Shown piece after piece: positions 28,639-40,620 of a stretch of DNA of 64,000 nt. Location of the stretch: positions 608,001 through 672,000 of the forward strand of contig CAVUKB010000005.1 in NCBI GenBank assembly GCA_963741955.1, written 5' to 3'. This stretch comes from an uncultured Acidobacteriota bacterium (GTDB taxonomy: Bacteria > Acidobacteriota > Thermoanaerobaculia > Gp7-AA8). Under the pieces are notes generated by a model that saw only the letters and a list, made by a program, of their open reading frames with translations, was not told where the DNA came from and made no database searches. The position numbers and the translations under genes were made by a program. The number at the start of each line of letters is the position of its first letter. Position 1 is the first letter of the stretch.

Positions 28639-30355
28639 CCCGGATTTCTCACAGTAGGGAGAAAAAGACCGCCGTTCCGTGCTATTAAGTTGAGTGTGCA
28701 CAACAACATCAACAGCACGGGAGGCGGCGGTATGAAGCAGACAGAGTGTAGCGGGAACGAGTTGCGATTCCAAGGGGTGGGAGGGCGTGAGATCGTCGCC
28801 AGGTTCGACGGTGGACAGCTCACTTCGGACGGGGGAGGGCTCCTGCTGCTCGAGACGGAAAGGCGGACGAGGATTCTGGAAAGGTTCGTCGGATGCTTTC
28901 GGGATTACCGAAAACGCACTTTGGTTCAGCACTCGCTCGAGTCGATGATCCGGCAGCGGGTGATGGGATTGGCTCTCGGATATGAAGATCTGAACGATCA
29001 CGATTCTCTGCGTGAGGATCCGCTGATCGGGACCTTATCGGGCAAATCGGATCCCAGGCAGCCGCTGGCGGGCAAGAGTACGCTGAACCGGTTGGAGTTG
29101 ACCCCGGATGGTCACGGGGAGGATCGATACAAGCGGATCGTCTATGACGGAAACGCGATTGATAAATTCTTCGTCGACGTGTTCTTAAAATCCAGGTCGA
29201 CTCCTCCGGATCAGATCGTGATTGATCTGGACACGACCGAGGACAGAATCCATGGGAATCAGGAGGGGCGATTTTTCCACGGCCACTACGGGTCGTACTG
29301 CTATCTGCCACTCTACGTGTTCTGTGGACAGGATCTGCTCTGCGCACGTCTGCGAGAGGCGAGCGTCGGACCTGCCGAGGGAACGGTCGAGGAACTCAGG
29401 CGGATCATTGGGCAGATCCGTGAGAGCTGGCCGGATGTGAAGATCGTGATTCGTGCTGATTCGGGATTCTGCTGCGACGAGATCCTGAGCTGGTGCGAGT
29501 CCGAAGGGATCGATTACGCGATCGGTCTGCCCAAGAACCGGCGCCTCGAGGCGATGATCGAGGCGGAGATGGCTCTGGTACGAGCCGAGTCGCAACATCT
29601 CTCCGAGGCGTGCCGCACCTACAAGGATCTGAACTACCGGACTCGCAAGAGCTGGAGCCGGTCCCGTCGTGTGGTGGCGAAAGCCGAGTACCTGGTGGAC
29701 AAAGCCAACGGCAGGTTCGTCGTAACGTCGCTCCCGGTGGAGGCGATGGCGGTGAAGCCGCTGTACGAAGAGCTCTACTGTGAGCGCGGAGAGATGGAGA
29801 ACCGAATCAAGGAACAGAAATGTTTTCTGTTTTCGGATCGGACCTCGGCGGCAACGATGAGAGCAAATCAGTTGCGGCTCTGGTTTTCTTCGGCGGCCTA
29901 TCTGCTGATGAATGCGTTGCGGCGGCTGGGACTGAAAGGAACCGAGCTGGCCACCGCTCAGTGCAACACAATTCGGCTGAAGCTGTTCAAGATCGGAGCA
30001 CGGATCCGCGTGACCACGCGCAAGATATGGATCTCACTCTCGAGTGGGTATCCGATGACGAAGCTGTTCGCGCTGGTCTGCAGCAACTTAGCTCTTGCCT
30101 CTCCCTGAAGGCGGATCGTTCCTCAACTCATCTTCCCGCAACCACGTCTGTTCAACTCTGAACCAGAGGAAACGTGTGTCTGAGCGTTGGCTGCACGATA
30201 CTGCCCGAACCTCCGCCGCCCTCCGGAACCAGCGCCCAGTCAAATAACTTCAGCCTTGTTCGACTCCAACTCTCCCCATTCCGGCAAAATCTACGCTGAA
30301 CGCCCCCTTCAGCTCCGGTTGAACTCCCCCAAAAGAGTCTTGTGAGAAATGCGGG
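28639..30355 (+). mobile_element. IS1380-family element with 4-bp TSD CTAA
   Basis: IRs CCCGGATTTCTCACA (28639-28653) and TGTGAGAAATGCGGG (30341-30355); CTAA at 28635-28638 and 30356-30359. Confidence 0.94.
28732..30108 (+). CDS. IS1380-family transposase
   Basis: FDGGQLTSDGG, GYEDLNDH, IDLDTT, RADSGF and RGEMENRIKE motifs. Confidence 0.96.
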   Translation: MKQTECSGNELRFQGVGGREIVARFDGGQLTSDGGGLLLLETERRTRILERFVGCFRDYRKRTLVQHSLESMIRQRVMGLALGYEDLNDHDSLREDPLIGTLSGKSDPRQPLAGKSTLNRLELTPDGHGEDRYKRIVYDGNAIDKFFVDVFLKSRSTPPDQIVIDLDTTEDRIHGNQEGRFFHGHYGSYCYLPLYVFCGQDLLCARLREASVGPAEGTVEELRRIIGQIRESWPDVKIVIRADSGFCCDEILSWCESEGIDYAIGLPKNRRLEAMIEAEMALVRAESQHLSEACRTYKDLNYRTRKSWSRSRRVVAKAEYLVDKANGRFVVTSLPVEAMAVKPLYEELYCERGEMENRIKEQKCFLFSDRTSAATMRANQLRLWFSSAAYLLMNALRRLGLKGTELATAQCNTIRLKLFKIGARIRVTTRKIWISLSSGYPMTKLFALVCSNLALASP

Positions 30356-30457
30356 CTAACCCGAACGCGATCGATGGCGGAGCGCGGATGGCGGATGGCG
30401 GATTACAGATCCGAGATCTGACAGCTCAGACGCTTCTCCTCTGCTACCATCTTCCTG

Positions 30458-31171
30458 ATGATCCACTTCTACCATGTGACGAAGCGCTTCGATCGGGTCA
30501 CGACGGCGCTGGTGGACGTGAGCTTTCAGATCGAAAAGGGAGACTTCGTCTTCCTCACCGGTCCGAGCGGCGCCGGGAAGTCGACCCTTCTCCGGTTGAT
30601 CCTCCGGCAGCTGGTGCCGACGGAAGGACAGATCATCGTCAACGGCCGCAATCTCAACGCGCTGCGGCGGAATCAGCTCCCGATGTTCCGGCGCGAAGTC
30701 GGGATGGTGTTCCAGGATTTCAAGCTGATCGACCGGATGACGATCTTCGAGAACCTCTCGTTCGTGATGACGGTCCTCGGGATTCCGCAGAAGCAGCACA
30801 AGAAGAAGGTCTATTCGGTGCTCCGCACGGTCAATCTGCATCACCGGCTGAACGCGTTTCCGCTTCAGCTCTCGGGCGGTGAGCAGCAGCGAATCGCGAT
30901 CGCCAGGGCTCTGATCAACGACCCGATGGTGATCATCGCGGACGAGCCGACCGGCAACCTCGATCCCGATCTATCGGCCGAGATCATGGAGATCTTCCAC
31001 GACGCGAACATCCGCGGCTCGACGGTGCTGGTTGCGACGCACGACCGGGAGATGATCCGCCGTGCAGGCAAGAGGGTGATCACGCTCGAGCGGGGGCGTG
31101 TTGCGGAGGAGCGCTCCGCGGAGCCGCCCGCGCCCGAACCGGCGTCGGGTTCGCTCCTCAGCTGGTCCTGA
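30458..31171 (+). CDS. ftsE: Cell division ATP-binding protein FtsE
   Basis: GPSGAGKST, VFQDFKL and LSGGEQQR motifs; upstream of ftsX. Confidence 0.93.
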   Translation: MIHFYHVTKRFDRVTTALVDVSFQIEKGDFVFLTGPSGAGKSTLLRLILRQLVPTEGQIIVNGRNLNALRRNQLPMFRREVGMVFQDFKLIDRMTIFENLSFVMTVLGIPQKQHKKKVYSVLRTVNLHHRLNAFPLQLSGGEQQRIAIARALINDPMVIIADEPTGNLDPDLSAEIMEIFHDANIRGSTVLVATHDREMIRRAGKRVITLERGRVAEERSAEPPAPEPASGSLLSWS

Positions 31172-31258
31172 CCGGCGCGAAGCGACCGGCACTGGGCGGC
31201 CGGATACGCGAGCGCAACGCGGCGGAAAGAGCGCCATCCGCCTCCGCAGCGGAGACGG

Positions 31259-31273
31259 TGTGAGAAATCCGGG
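31259..31273. repeat. Orphan IS1380-type terminal inverted repeat
   Basis: TGTGAGAAATCCGGG is the perfect reverse complement of the IS1380 left IR and is followed by CTAA. Confidence 0.8.
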
Positions 31274-31286
31274 CTAATATGAGCGC

Positions 31287-32228
31287 ATGTCCCGTCTCGA
31301 TCCGCAGGAGTCGCTGAGCAGCACGTTCGTCTACTTCCTGAAGGAAGCCTCCCGGCGGATGTGGATCTCCAAGCGCACCAGCTTCGTGGCCATCGCCATG
31401 ATCGCCATTGCGCTGATCACCCTGGGTGGCTTTCTCCTGATCGCGGAGAACCTCACCCGCGCGATCGAACGATGGGAAGCAAGCTCGCGCCTCTCCCTTT
31501 TTCTGGCCGACGACATCACGCAGCCGCAGATCGAGGCGATCAATCGCGACCTTTCGTCGCATCGCTACTTCGCCTCGCACCGCACCATCACGCGCCAGCA
31601 GGCGCTGGCGCGGTTCAAGAGCTACTATTCCGGTCTTTCCGGAGTGGTGGACGAGCTCGACGAAAACCCCTTCCCTGCGTCGATCGAGGTTCAGGTCACG
31701 CCGGAGGCCATTCATTCGCTCGACTTCGACGATGAGGTGTCGAGAGTCCGGCGACTTCCGGGGGTCGCGGACGTCCAGTACGACTGGGAATGGGTCGCGA
31801 AGCTCAAACGCGTGGTGAGCCTGATCGACACGTTCGGGATTCTGGCCGGCGGAGTCCTCGCGATCGCCGCCGCGTTCACCATCGCCAGCGTGATCCGGCT
31901 GACGATGGTTCTCTACCGGGAAGAGATCGACATCATGCGGCTGGTCGGTGCGACCGAGCGCATCGTGCGCGGACCCTTCCTGATGGAAGGAATCCTCGCG
32001 GGGACGACCGGCGGGGTCGTCGCGGTGATCACGTTGTACGGGATCTTCGAAGCGGCGCGTTACATCGTGGCTCCCGCGAGCGTCCTCGCGTGGCAGTTTC
32101 TTTTCTCCGCGTTTCTCCCCTGGCAGAAGATCGTGATGCTCCTCTGCGGCGGCATCCTCGCCGGGCTGGTCGGAACCTGGCTCTCGCTGCGCGAGGTCTC
32201 CGAAGAAGCGGTCGTGGAACAGCCGTGA
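31287..32228 (+). CDS. ftsX: Cell division permease FtsX
   Basis: NPFPASIEV, EEIDIMRLVGAT...RGPFLMEG; 4 TM helices. Confidence 0.92.
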   Translation: MSRLDPQESLSSTFVYFLKEASRRMWISKRTSFVAIAMIAIALITLGGFLLIAENLTRAIERWEASSRLSLFLADDITQPQIEAINRDLSSHRYFASHRTITRQQALARFKSYYSGLSGVVDELDENPFPASIEVQVTPEAIHSLDFDDEVSRVRRLPGVADVQYDWEWVAKLKRVVSLIDTFGILAGGVLAIAAAFTIASVIRLTMVLYREEIDIMRLVGATERIVRGPFLMEGILAGTTGGVVAVITLYGIFEAARYIVAPASVLAWQFLFSAFLPWQKIVMLLCGGILAGLVGTWLSLREVSEEAVVEQP

Positions 32229-32980
32229 GACGGGGCACGACGTCACGGCGTCTCTTCGCCCGGAGGACCGCGCTGGTCACCGGCGGGGCGAGACGTCTGG
32301 GGCTCGCCATCGCGCGCGAACTTGCACGCGAAGGAGCCGCGGTCGTCTTCACGTTCAACAGCACCCCGCGCGCCGAGGTGCGCAAAGTCTCGGCCGAACT
32401 GCTGGAGGCAGGAGCAGCGGAGGTGAGAGCACACCGCTGCAATCTCGCCGACCCCGAAGAGCTCCGGAAACTCGTCGGAAAGCTCCGCCGCGAGCCGATC
32501 GACTACCTCGTCAACTCGGCGGCGAACTTTCTCCGCGAGGATTTTTTCGACGCGACACTCGAGAGCTGGAGCGAAACGATGTCGGTCAACCTCCGGGCGC
32601 CTTTCTTTCTCTCTCAAGCGGTGGCGGAAGGAATGAAGAAGAACGGCTTCGGGCGGATCGTGAACATCGCCGATGTCGCCGGGGTGATTCCGTGGAAGAG
32701 CCATCTCGCCTACAGCATCAGCAAGGCGGGACTGATCGCAATGACCCGCGGTCTCGCGAAGGCTCTCGCCCCTGAGATCCTGGTCAACGCGGTCTCCCCC
32801 GGCCCGGTTCTCCTCCCGGAGAGCTTCGGCGCGACCGAGAGCCGTAATGCGGTCGAGCCGACCCTCCTCAAACGCGCCGGCGCTCCCGAGGAAGTCGCGG
32901 CCGCGGTGACGTTCCTCCTCCAGTCGGACTACATCACCGGGATCACCCTCCCGGTCGACGGGGGACGGCTGTTGCGGTGA
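32225..32980 (+). CDS. SDR oxidoreductase, pteridine reductase/FolM-like
   Basis: TGGARRLG, NSAA, YSISK and VDGG motifs; GTGA overlap with ftsX. Confidence 0.88.
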   Translation: MRRGTTSRRLFARRTALVTGGARRLGLAIARELAREGAAVVFTFNSTPRAEVRKVSAELLEAGAAEVRAHRCNLADPEELRKLVGKLRREPIDYLVNSAANFLREDFFDATLESWSETMSVNLRAPFFLSQAVAEGMKKNGFGRIVNIADVAGVIPWKSHLAYSISKAGLIAMTRGLAKALAPEILVNAVSPGPVLLPESFGATESRNAVEPTLLKRAGAPEEVAAAVTFLLQSDYITGITLPVDGGRLLR

Positions 32981-33160
32981 TCCTCGATCCTCGATCCCCG
33001 ATCCCCGATCCTCGATCCTCGATCCTCGATCCCCGATCCTCGATCCTCGATCCTCGATCCTCGATCCCCGATCCTCGATCCTCGATCCTCGATCCTCGAT
33101 CCCCGATCCTCGATCCTCGATCCTCGATCCTCGATCCCCGATCCTCGATCCCCGATCCTC
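32979..33160. repeat. Heptamer tandem repeat (GATCCTC/GATCCCC) x26
   Basis: 182 bp of contiguous 7-mers. Confidence 0.95.
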
Positions 33161-33214
33161 GATGCCGTTCAGAGACTCGATCCTCGATCGCAGATGCCTT
33201 ATCATCTCGCCGCT

Positions 33215-34510
<1,296 letters not shown>

Positions 34511-34604
34511 AGCGACGAGCGACGAGCGACGAGAAGAGTCTCACGAATTCTCGTATTGCAGCGTCAGACCTGTCGGACCTGTCCGACACGTCCGACATTG
34601 ATCC

Positions 34605-35345
34605 TCACTCGCCGTGTCCGTTCCGCTCGTCCCTCGTGATCCGGCCGTCGTGGATCTCGATCACTCTTCCGGCGCGCTTCGCGAGTGCGGGATCGTGAGT
34701 GATGATCACCAGCGTCCTCCCCTGTTTCGAGAGGTCGCCGAAGATGGACATGATGTCGGTTCCGGAGCTCGAGTCGAGGTTCCCTGTAGGCTCGTCAGCG
34801 AGGAGCATGTCGGGATCCATTGCGAGAGCGCGTGCGATCGCGACACGCTGCATCTGGCCGCCCGAGAGCTCGGTCGGTTTGTGGTCGAGACGGTCGCCGA
34901 GTCCTACGCGCTCGAGGAGCTCGGAGGCCTTCCGCCGGCGCTCGCGCGCAGAGACGCCCCCGAACAGAAGCGGCATCTCGACGTTCTCCAGAGCGGTGAT
35001 GTGAGGGAGGAGGTTGAAGTTCTGGAAGACGAAGCCGACCCGCCGGTTGCGCACGTCGGCCAGTTCGTCCTTTCCCATCCCCGCCACGTTCTCCCCCGCC
35101 AGTTCGTACGTTCCGGATGTCGCGGTGTCGAGGCATCCAAGGAGATTCATCAGAGTCGACTTTCCGGAGCCGGAAGGACCGACGATGGCGACGAAGTCGC
35201 CCTGTTCGATGACGACGTCGATTCCCTTCAGCGCCTCGACCTTCACTTTGCCGGTGTCGTACACCTTCCGGACGTCTTCCATCCGGATGATGCCGCTGCC
35301 ATTCTGACTCGGAACTTCGGGCTTGCGCGCCAGTGTCAGATTCAT
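34605..35345 (-). CDS. MacB/LolD-type ABC ATPase
   Basis: [17 protein letters not shown] and DEPTGNLD motifs. Confidence 0.93.
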   Translation of the reverse strand: MNLTLARKPEVPSQNGSGIIRMEDVRKVYDTGKVKVEALKGIDVVIEQGDFVAIVGPSGSGKSTLMNLLGCLDTATSGTYELAGENVAGMGKDELADVRNRRVGFVFQNFNLLPHITALENVEMPLLFGGVSARERRRKASELLERVGLGDRLDHKPTELSGGQMQRVAIARALAMDPDMLLADEPTGNLDSSSGTDIMSIFGDLSKQGRTLVIITHDPALAKRAGRVIEIHDGRITRDERNGHGE

Positions 35346-35358
35346 CGTTCGAATCTCC

Positions 35359-36615
<1,257 letters not shown>

Positions 36616-36633
36616 CGTCTTCTCCTCTCTCCA

Positions 36634-37863
36634 CTACAGCTTCATCGCCACCACGGGATCGAGCCGCGAGGCGTCACGCGCCGGGAAGTAACCGGCGATC
36701 AGACCGACCACACCGAGAGCCACCGCCGTGAGTGCAGCGACGATCGGGGACACTTCGGGATTTCCGACGTACTCGGTGAGGCCGAGCTTCGGGAAGACGG
36801 CACAGACCGAGAGCGAGATCACGAACCCGATCGCTCCTCCGATCACCGTCACTATCAGCGTCTCCAGGAGAAACTGGGAGAGAATCCAGCGCTGTTTCGC
36901 GCCGAGTGCCATCTTGATTCCGATCTCGCGTGTCCGCTCTTCGACCACGACGTTCATGATGTTCGACACGCCGATCCCGCCGACGATCAGGGTCAGCAGA
37001 CCGATGATGCCGAGGAATGCGTTGAAGCTGAGCATGAAGATGTCGAAGAATTTGAACTGTTCGGTCGTGTCCCAGAACGAAAGCGCTTCCTTGTCCTTCG
37101 CGTCGAAACGGAGCTTCTTTCCGAGTTGCGCGCGGACCGCATCACTCACTGCATCGCTCGCCGACGCGTCGGCCGGCTGGAAGATGAAATTGTCGACGTA
37201 CTCCTGACCGGTCAGAGCGCGGAACGTCGTCGAAGGGATGAACGCCTTCTCGTTGTCCCGCCCACCGTAGCTCGAGTCCTGGCTCTTCGACTTCAGAACA
37301 CCAACCACGAGGAACGGCGACCCGCCGAGCATCACGTGCTGCCCGATCGCCGGCTCCTTCCCGAAAATGTTCCGTGAGAGCTTGTCTCCGATGAAGATCA
37401 CCCGCCGCTGCTGGTCCATGTCGATCGGATTGATGAAGCGGCCTCCGGAGTCGGGGATGAGATTTCTCATCGTTCCGAAGACCGGGCTGACTCCGGAGAC
37501 GTCGACGGACATCGTCTGCGTCCCGTAATCGAGCTTCAGACTATCCGCGTACTCCGACGAGACGCCTTTCAACCCCCGAACGGTCTGGAGTGACTGGATG
37601 TCGTCTTCCGCCAGGCGGATCCGTCGTCCCTTGCCGAGGCCTTCGTACGGAATCGAAGTGAGACCCGGCCATCCGATCACGATCCGGTCGCCGAGTCCGG
37701 CGGTGTTCCGGACCAGCTGCTTGTGCAGTCCGGTCCCGAACGCCAGCATCAGACTGATCGCGACCGTCCCCCACACGATCCCGAACACGGTCAGGAACGT
37801 GCGGAGCTTCTGACTCCGGATGTCGCGAAACAGCTGTCGGGTTACGTCTCGAAGTCCGAGCAT
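36634..37863 (-). CDS. MacB-type ABC permease
   Basis: GGIGVSNIM...ERTREIGIKMALGA; PARDASRLDP. Confidence 0.92.
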   Translation of the reverse strand: MLGLRDVTRQLFRDIRSQKLRTFLTVFGIVWGTVAISLMLAFGTGLHKQLVRNTAGLGDRIVIGWPGLTSIPYEGLGKGRRIRLAEDDIQSLQTVRGLKGVSSEYADSLKLDYGTQTMSVDVSGVSPVFGTMRNLIPDSGGRFINPIDMDQQRRVIFIGDKLSRNIFGKEPAIGQHVMLGGSPFLVVGVLKSKSQDSSYGGRDNEKAFIPSTTFRALTGQEYVDNFIFQPADASASDAVSDAVRAQLGKKLRFDAKDKEALSFWDTTEQFKFFDIFMLSFNAFLGIIGLLTLIVGGIGVSNIMNVVVEERTREIGIKMALGAKQRWILSQFLLETLIVTVIGGAIGFVISLSVCAVFPKLGLTEYVGNPEVSPIVAALTAVALGVVGLIAGYFPARDASRLDPVVAMKL

Positions 37864-37918
37864 GTGCTCTTCCTGTCTCCTCGTTCGGAATGGAAGTGGT
37901 CGGGGGTCAGACCTTCAC

Positions 37919-39019
37919 TCAGGAGATCTCTTTCGGCGGACGCTCGACGATCTGCATTCCCTTCTTCAATCCGGACGTGATCTCGATGTTCAGTCCATCC
38001 GAGATGCCGGTCTTCACTTCGACCTTCTTCGGCTCGCCCTTCGGATCGTTCGCCGGAACTTCCACGAACGCCTTCTTTCCGCCGTCTTCGAACGTGACCA
38101 GCCGCTCCGGAACCACCACGATGTCGCTCTTCTCGCGGATCACGACGTCGGCATTCGCGGAATAGCCGGCGCGCAGGTGGACCTTCTGGCCCCGATCGAG
38201 CTCGATCTCCACGTCGAACAGAGTCGCGCCGTCCTTCTGTTGCGCCTGCGGCGCGATCCGCTGCACGACACCGGTCACCACGTCCGTCGGGAGCGCGCCG
38301 ACCTTGATCCGCGCGGGCATTCCGACCGAGAGTTTTCCTACGTCGATCTCGTCGACCGTCCCTTTGAAGATCAGATCACTCATGTCGGCGATGGTGGCCA
38401 GCTCGGTTCCCGGCTGATAGGAGGTCAGAGGGACCACCGGATCTCCCGGGTCGACGGTACGGGTGAGGATCGTTCCGGCGGCGGGCGCCCGGATGATCGA
38501 CTCGGTACCTCCCTGGCTCAGGCGGCCCTTGCGCGTGAGATCACGATCCTGCACCGCCTTGGTCAGTGAGATCCGCGCCAGCTGGAACGCCTCGCGCTTG
38601 GTGTCGAGCTCCGATTTCGGGAGAACGCCCGAGGAGGAGAGCTCCGTTGCGCGGTCGAATTCGAGCTTCGCCCGGTTGAACGAAGCCTGCGCCGATTCGA
38701 CGCGGCGATCGACTTCCGTCACTTCGAGAGGCGTCGGATCGGGGGCGATCTCGAAGAGAGGATCGCCGGCCTTCACCGAGTCGCCGACCTCGACCATGAC
38801 CGTCTTCACGATGCCGGAGATCTTCGATTTCACCGCGAACTTCTGCCGCGGCTGGACCTGCCCTACCGCAACCGCCTTCTCCGTGATCGAGCCGACGGTC
38901 ACGTCCACGAGCTTCAAGCCGTTGTCTTTTCCCTTCGATCCCCGGGCCCAGGCATACAGCCCGGCGGTCGCTCCGGTGAGGATGACGAGAATGATCAGGA
39001 CTTTGGAAAGCTTCCTCAT
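37919..39019 (-). CDS. MacA-like periplasmic adaptor (MFP)
   Basis: N-terminal TM helix, lipoyl halves, coiled coil, VDEIDVGK. Confidence 0.9.
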   Translation of the reverse strand: MRKLSKVLIILVILTGATAGLYAWARGSKGKDNGLKLVDVTVGSITEKAVAVGQVQPRQKFAVKSKISGIVKTVMVEVGDSVKAGDPLFEIAPDPTPLEVTEVDRRVESAQASFNRAKLEFDRATELSSSGVLPKSELDTKREAFQLARISLTKAVQDRDLTRKGRLSQGGTESIIRAPAAGTILTRTVDPGDPVVPLTSYQPGTELATIADMSDLIFKGTVDEIDVGKLSVGMPARIKVGALPTDVVTGVVQRIAPQAQQKDGATLFDVEIELDRGQKVHLRAGYSANADVVIREKSDIVVVPERLVTFEDGGKKAFVEVPANDPKGEPKKVEVKTGISDGLNIEITSGLKKGMQIVERPPKEIS

Positions 39020-39198
39020 TCGGATATCTCCTGTTCTGCGATCCTGCGAGTTCGCTGCTCTGACCGTGGATACGCAAAACTCCCGAAAAGGTTTGCCAAT
39101 CTCCACGAACTGATCTCTGCTAATCTACGGCCGGCTGCGAGTTTCCGGTCGCCCGATCCGCCCGGCACCGCGAGAGCTCGTATCCTCCGGATGGCCTC

Positions 39199-39996
39199 AT
39201 GTGTCTGATCACCATTTCCTGGAAGACGCATCGCCCCTGGCGCCTGGTCGTCGCCGCAAACCGGGACGAGTTGCGGGAACGTCCGACTGCCCCAGCGGAT
39301 TTCTGGCGGGAGAATTCCTCCATTCTCGCGGGACGTGATCTCTCCGCCGGCGGGAGCTGGATGGGGATCTCGACGAACGGAAGCTTCGCCGCGATCACCA
39401 ACTTCCGCGAGATGGCAGAACCGAAACCGGACGCTCCGTCCCGCGGAGGGCTGGTGCGCGCGTTCCTCGAGAGCGGTGGACCGGCCGATGCGTTTCTCGC
39501 CGGCGTGGTGCACGAGAAGTCGCGCTACGCCGGGTTCAATCTCTTCGTCTGCGACGGCGAGAAGCTCTGCTACTTCTCGAACCGTTCCGAGAGCATCGAA
39601 ACGCTTCCTCCCGGGATCTACGGATTGAGCAACCATCTGCTCGACACGCCCTGGCCGAAGGTCCGCCGCGCAAAAGCCGGATTGCGTGCGATTCTCGATG
39701 AGGGAGAAGAGGAGAAACTCTTTCCAGATCTCTTCGATCTTCTCGCCGACCACACCCGAGCCGACGATGCGGAACTGCCGGACACCGGCGTCGGCCTCGA
39801 GCGCGAACGGGATCTCTCCCCCATCTTCATCCGCGGATCGTTCTACGGAACGCGCTCGTCGACCGTCGTCGGGATCAGGGAGAACGGAGAGATGCACATC
39901 GCCGAGCACACTTTCCATCCCGACGGGAGCATCGACACGGAGAGGGAGTACCTGTTGAAAGCATCGAGGATCGTGGATCGTGGATCGTGGATCTGA
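39199..39996 (+). CDS. NRDE/TANGO2-family protein
   Basis: MCL..., AANRDE, GRDLSAGGSW and YGTRSST motifs; C-terminus extends into the repeats. Confidence 0.92.
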   Translation: MCLITISWKTHRPWRLVVAANRDELRERPTAPADFWRENSSILAGRDLSAGGSWMGISTNGSFAAITNFREMAEPKPDAPSRGGLVRAFLESGGPADAFLAGVVHEKSRYAGFNLFVCDGEKLCYFSNRSESIETLPPGIYGLSNHLLDTPWPKVRRAKAGLRAILDEGEEEKLFPDLFDLLADHTRADDAELPDTGVGLERERDLSPIFIRGSFYGTRSSTVVGIRENGEMHIAEHTFHPDGSIDTEREYLLKASRIVDRGSWI

Positions 39997-40620
39997 AAGA
40001 CATCGAGGATCGTGGATCGTGGATCGTGGATCTGAAAGACATCGAGGATCGTGGATCGTGGATCGTGGATCTGAAAGACATCGAGGATCGTGGATCGTGG
40101 ATCTGAAAGGCATCGTGGATCGTGGATCGTGGATCGTGGATCTGAAAGGCATCGTGGATCGTGGATCGTGGATCGTGGATCTGAAAGGCATCCAGGGTCC
40201 GCGATCCTCGATGCTTTTCAGATATCAGAAGCTCGGTGCCGAGCCCCGAGCCTCGAGCGTCGCGCACCGAGCCCCGAGAAAATGGGATCGTTCAATCGCC
40301 CCTACGGGGCTCTCCGATGGTGGTTTTCCGCGATCAATCCCAGGACTGCGTCCTGGGCTATTGTCAGACGCCCCTACGGGGCTCCCCGAGCCTCGATCCC
40401 CGAGCCTCGAGCCTCGTCGGTTTCAGATCCTCGATCCTAGATCCTCGATCCTGGATGCCTTTCAGATCCTCGATCCTAGATCCTCGATCCTGGATGCCTT
40501 TCAGATCCTGGATGCCTTTCAGATCCTCGATCCTCGATCCTAGATCCTCGATGCCTTTCAGATCCTCGATCCTCGATCCTCGATCCTCGATGCCTTTCAG
40601 ATCCTCGATCCTCGATGCTT
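39957..40620. repeat. Composite intergenic repeat: oppositely oriented (GATCGTG)n and (GATCCTC)n arrays with TGAAAGRCATC spacers around a REP-like core
   Basis: Left units TGAAAGRCATC-(GWGGATC)n; right units are the reverse complement; CGCCCCTACGGGGCT at 40297 and 40369 flank a CCCAGGAC/GTCCTGGG hairpin. Confidence 0.88.

Noticed and set aside
30356-30457. Fluoride riboswitch for crcB
   Set aside because: I could not see a GGCGATGG...GCTGATGAC-type consensus on the minus strand at either side of the IS.
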